Positions 60,702 to 64,000 of a DNA stretch of 64,000 bases are shown here, one piece after another. The DNA lies in contig OY764159.1 in assembly GCA_963668175.1 (NCBI GenBank), positions 1,504,001 through 1,568,000 of the forward strand. Direction: 5' to 3'. Below the pieces are notes generated by a model. The model saw only the letters and a program-made list of their open reading frames with translations, was not told where the DNA came from and searched no databases. Position numbers and translations under genes: made by a program. The number at the start of each line of letters is the position of its first letter. The stretch's first letter is position 1. This DNA is from Syntrophales bacterium (lineage in GTDB: Bacteria > Desulfobacterota > Syntrophia > Syntrophales > PHBD01).

Positions 60702-60880
60702 TAAATAAATTTACGCACCTGTCAAGCATTAGTAACCGTGATGGAAGGTGCGGAGAGCAGTCGGATTTGGACAGTTGAAGTGCAAAGGTTGCCCACCATG
60801 CTCTTAAGGGTCTGGTGGTTTTTTTATTCTGGTACCTTAGTGATCCGACTTTATGAAAATCTGTGAAAGGAGGATGCTAG

Positions 60881-61081
60881 ATGCCGGAAGGTAAGGTTAA
60901 ATGGTTCAACGAGAACAAGGGCTTCGGTTTCATCGAGAAGGACGACGGCGGTGACGTATTTGTTCACTTCAGCGCGATCCAGTCGGACGGGTTCAAGACC
61001 CTGGCCGAAGGTCAGCGTGTCAGTTTCGACGTCACGCAGGGCAAGAAAGGCCCGGCGGCTGAAAACGTGAAGGTCCTGTAA
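60881..61081 (+). CDS. cspA: Cold-shock protein (CspA family)
   Basis: [47 protein letters not shown]. Confidence 0.95.
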   Translation: MPEGKVKWFNENKGFGFIEKDDGGDVFVHFSAIQSDGFKTLAEGQRVSFDVTQGKKGPAAENVKVL

Positions 61082-61105
61082 GGGAAGATTCGATTTGAAA
61101 TGCAG

Positions 61106-61144
61106 GCCCCCGGGGCGCTATCGGCGTCCCGGGGGCTTTTTTTT
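61106..61144 (+). terminator. Rho-independent terminator after csp
   Basis: GCCCCCGGGGCGC-loop-GCGTCCCGGGGGC plus T8. Confidence 0.85.
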
Positions 61145-61167
61145 ATCTTGCGTGATGCCCTGCTCGC

Positions 61168-61902
61168 TTACGACAGGTCCTGGCCCGCCTTGGCGAAGGC
61201 CGCCTTCATGGCTGCCAGGTAGGCGCCGGGCATATCGTGGAAGCGAAAGACGATGCTGACGCGGTCGGGCGAACGGTCGGCGCGCCAGGAGCGAACGGCC
61301 AGACGCAATAGGCTCACGGCGATGTCCTTGAGGATCTCCTTGCCGTATTCGGCGGGAAAGCGGACGGACATCAGCGCGGTCATCATGATGTCGGGGGACG
61401 GACGGGGGCAGTCGAGTTCGCAGAGGATGCCGTCTATGCTGATATTGACGACCTCCGCCCGGACTTCACGGTCGCCGAAGCGGATGGCGGCCGTGGTGTC
61501 GGGGATGCTGTAGCGGGTGTGGATACGCTTGCTGCGGGAATCGGTGACACGGTCGATCATGTTTCTCAGTTCCAGGGCCGCACAGGGAAGCGCCAGGATG
61601 TGCTCGATGCCGTGTCCGGCCAGTTCCTGACGCCTGCCGGCGCCGCCGGACGTCGTCAGGACGATGTAGGGCACTCCCCGGTTGATCGACGCGTCGAGAT
61701 TTTTCTTGAAAGCGATGCCGTTCATGTTGGCCATGTCCAGACCGCAGAGAACGGCGTCGTATTTGTTGTTTTGCAGGATCATCGCCGCATCGAGGGCCGA
61801 ACTGAACCAGTCGACGTCGGCGTCGCTGTACTCGGTGCGGATGAACTGGACGAGCCTCGTGACGGTCTTGATGTCGTGGATGATGAGCAGCTTCATGGGC
61901 AT
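61168..61902 (-). CDS. Degenerate receiver domain plus PilZ domain protein
   Basis: Receiver-like N-half (YDAVLCGLDMANMNG); PilZ RIHTR (RxxxR) and NISIDG (NxSxxG). Confidence 0.75.
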   Translation of the reverse strand: MPMKLLIIHDIKTVTRLVQFIRTEYSDADVDWFSSALDAAMILQNNKYDAVLCGLDMANMNGIAFKKNLDASINRGVPYIVLTTSGGAGRRQELAGHGIEHILALPCAALELRNMIDRVTDSRSKRIHTRYSIPDTTAAIRFGDREVRAEVVNISIDGILCELDCPRPSPDIMMTALMSVRFPAEYGKEILKDIAVSLLRLAVRSWRADRSPDRVSIVFRFHDMPGAYLAAMKAAFAKAGQDLS

Positions 61903-62085
61903 GGGATTTCATTCTCCTGGGATGACGGGGCTCGCTCCGGCCTGTGATGTAAACTTCGAGTCTTAACCGGCTCTTTCATGAACGCGCATCGACGCGCCGC
62001 GCGTGAGAGCCAAGGAGATTCTCGCATCCCGGCGGCCAGCCGGCCGGGAAAGCGGATCAGCCTGGTTCAGGTTCCGGAGGGGCTT

Positions 62086-64000
62086 TTATCGCCTTGCTTC
62101 GGAGAATTTTGCTGCCTGGGCTCCGGCTATCCTGCCGTAAGTGATCGTCTGGGCGATCGAGTTGCCCCCCAGGCGGTTGGCGCCGTGGACGCCGCCGCTG
62201 ACCTCGCCTGCGGCATAGAAGCCCGGGATCGGCCGGCCGTTCTTGTCGATGACCTGGGAAAGGGCATTGATCCTGAGGCCGCCCATCGTGTAATGGATGC
62301 CCGGTATGACCTCGATGGCATAGAATTTGGGCGTTTTGACGGGCAGAGGCATGTCCGGGCGCTTGAATTCGGCGTCGTTCTTCGCCGCCACGGCGCTGTT
62401 GTATGCGTCAAGGGTTGCCGTCAGGGCGTCGGCCGGGCAGCCGATCTTCGCGGCCAGTTCCGCGGGTGTCGCGCCTTCCCGGACCAGGGAGAGGTGGAAA
62501 TACCCTTCAATCTGCTTGAGGCTTTTCCGGATACCCTCGTCGAAGACGAGGAAAGCCGATTTGCCGGTCTGTTTGAGGATGGCTGCAGAGGCCGCGTCGC
62601 GTGTCGTCAGTTCGTTGACGAATCGCTTCCCCTCCCGGTTGACCAGAATCGCCCCGTTCCCCCGGACCGCCTCGGTGATCAGGATACGGCTGCCTGCGGC
62701 GACGGTCGGATGGATCTGGATCTGCTCCATGTCGCGGAGCTTGCCGCCGGCATCGGTGCCGATGTCGAGGCCGTCGCCCGTCGCGCCGGGCTGGTTCGAG
62801 GTGGTCATGCCGGCATATTCGGGCCGGTAAAAGGCCACTCTCTCCGGATTCGCCGAGAAACCGCCCGCCGCGTTGATCACGGCCTTGGCCCTGATGACGT
62901 ATAAATTTCTGTGCTTGCCCTGGACCACCACCCCGGTGACGTTTCCTTTCTTGTCTTCCAGGATTTTTACAACCTTGCTGTTGATGCGGACGTCGATCTT
63001 CCTCTTGGCGACATTCTTCCGCAGGACGTCCACGATATGGGCGCCGACGGCCGCACCGCCCTTGGGCCGGTGGGCGCGGCTGACACTCGCCCCGCCGAGG
63101 CGGCCGACGTCGCTGAGATCGGCCCCGAGGGACATGAGCCACTCAAGGGAGGCCGCGGAATTGGCTGCGAGGATCCGGACAAGCTCAGGATCTCCCAGGT
63201 TCTTGCCGCCTTCCATCGTGTCCTTGTACATCAGGTCCACCGAATCCTTGATGCCTTTCGCCTGCTGGAACCTCGTCCCGGCGGCGTTCATCCCGCCGGC
63301 GGCAAGGAGGCTGTTGCCGCCCGTAATGGGCTGCTTCTCGAGTACGATCACTTTCGCTCCCGCATCGCAGGCCGTGATAGCCGACGTAAAACCGGCGGCG
63401 CCCGATCCGATGACGACGACGTCCGTCTTTTCGGCGGGTACGTCCTTGGGAACGGCGACGGATGCGGGACGCAATGCGCCCTTCGGGCCGGCCGCGGGTG
63501 CCGCCTCGGCGGCTCCTCCCGGAATGGCCATTTGGTACGTATGGCAGTTCAGACAATAGGCGCGGGAAGCTGCATGGCCGTGATGGCATGTCGTGCAGGC
63601 GATCTCGCCCAGGTGTGATTTGTGGGGGTTGATATGGGCCTTGTTCTTGGCCGCGAGCTTATCCGACGTTCCATGACAGGCCGCGCAGCGGCTGTTGATC
63701 CCGGCTTCCGTATCGGAGGGAATCAGGTTTTTTCCATGGCAGGTGTCGCACATGAAATTTTTCCTGGCATGGAGATTGTCAAGATAGGCGGACTTGGCCC
63801 ACGACTCGGTGTCCTTACGAACATTGACGAACTGGCCCGCCGTAAAGACGCCGAGGGATTTTTTTTCGCCGTTCACGGTGAAGTTCTTGCCGGGACTGAC
63901 CGTATGGCAGAGCGCGCAGTCCGTTACGGCCGCATGGGCCCGGTGGAGGCGGGCAGAAAAGGGATTGGGCATCTTGTCCGCCGCGGCCTTGTGGCACGGC
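62086..64000 (-). CDS. Multiheme flavocytochrome c, fumarate-reductase type; 5' end beyond window
   Basis: Frame open to the edge (..PCHKAAADKMPNP); CALCH, CDTCH, CAACH, CTTCH, CLNCH; DVVVIGSGAAG, GGNS..AAGGMNA, QIHPT, TEAVRG.G, TTRD, HYTMGG, GANRLGGN. Confidence 0.9.
   Translation of the reverse strand, partial: PCHKAAADKMPNPFSARLHRAHAAVTDCALCHTVSPGKNFTVNGEKKSLGVFTAGQFVNVRKDTESWAKSAYLDNLHARKNFMCDTCHGKNLIPSDTEAGINSRCAACHGTSDKLAAKNKAHINPHKSHLGEIACTTCHHGHAASRAYCLNCHTYQMAIPGGAAEAAPAAGPKGALRPASVAVPKDVPAEKTDVVVIGSGAAGFTSAITACDAGAKVIVLEKQPITGGNSLLAAGGMNAAGTRFQQAKGIKDSVDLMYKDTMEGGKNLGDPELVRILAANSAASLEWLMSLGADLSDVGRLGGASVSRAHRPKGGAAVGAHIVDVLRKNVAKRKIDVRINSKVVKILEDKKGNVTGVVVQGKHRNLYVIRAKAVINAAGGFSANPERVAFYRPEYAGMTTSNQPGATGDGLDIGTDAGGKLRDMEQIQIHPTVAAGSRILITEAVRGNGAILVNREGKRFVNELTTRDAASAAILKQTGKSAFLVFDEGIRKSLKQIEGYFHLSLVREGATPAELAAKIGCPADALTATLDAYNSAVAAKNDAEFKRPDMPLPVKTPKFYAIEVIPGIHYTMGGLRINALSQVIDKNGRPIPGFYAAGEVSGGVHGANRLGGNSIAQTITYGRIAGAQAAKFSEARR

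Overview
Chromosomal window from a GC-rich (about 60% by eye) anaerobic deltaproteobacterium, most likely Syntrophales-like (Re-citrate-synthase-type LeuA/HMGL protein, PilS/PilR, PEP-CTERM genes, multiheme flavocytochrome). Contents left to right: a truncated DUF748 gene and small minus-strand genes; a six-gene nucleotide-sugar operon (galE, manC, gmd, fcl, wbpA, wbpP); an AT-rich ~11.7 kb island (TetR, DUF169, ABM, C_GCAxxG_C_C, acyl-CoA dehydrogenase, FrhB-like Fe-S flavoprotein, iorAB, MFS, CoA-disulfide reductase-rhodanese) with three identical 19-bp operators and a decayed caspase-like remnant at its left edge; MarR/ACAD-like/MoxR/VWA; a solitary Legionella-LepB-like kinase-fold gene with a near-consensus promoter; a MauE/rhodanese/FeS-DedA/DUF3047 operon; dinB; three tandem PEP-CTERM genes, each with a double TGT-N11-ACA enhancer, sigma-54 promoter, near-identical 86-bp 3' tail and terminator; then housekeeping genes (moeA, adk, UvrD-type helicase, aspS, hisS, comEC, pilSR, bioB/birA with BirA operator, DUF401, radical SAM, ADP-forming acyl-CoA synthetase, csp) and a truncated flavocytochrome c. 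No CRISPR array, tRNA, rRNA, integrase or transposase was seen. All family calls come from motif recognition by eye, not database searches. Best candidates for an undescribed system: the TetR-controlled catabolic island, the LepB-like kinase and the modular PEP-CTERM array.
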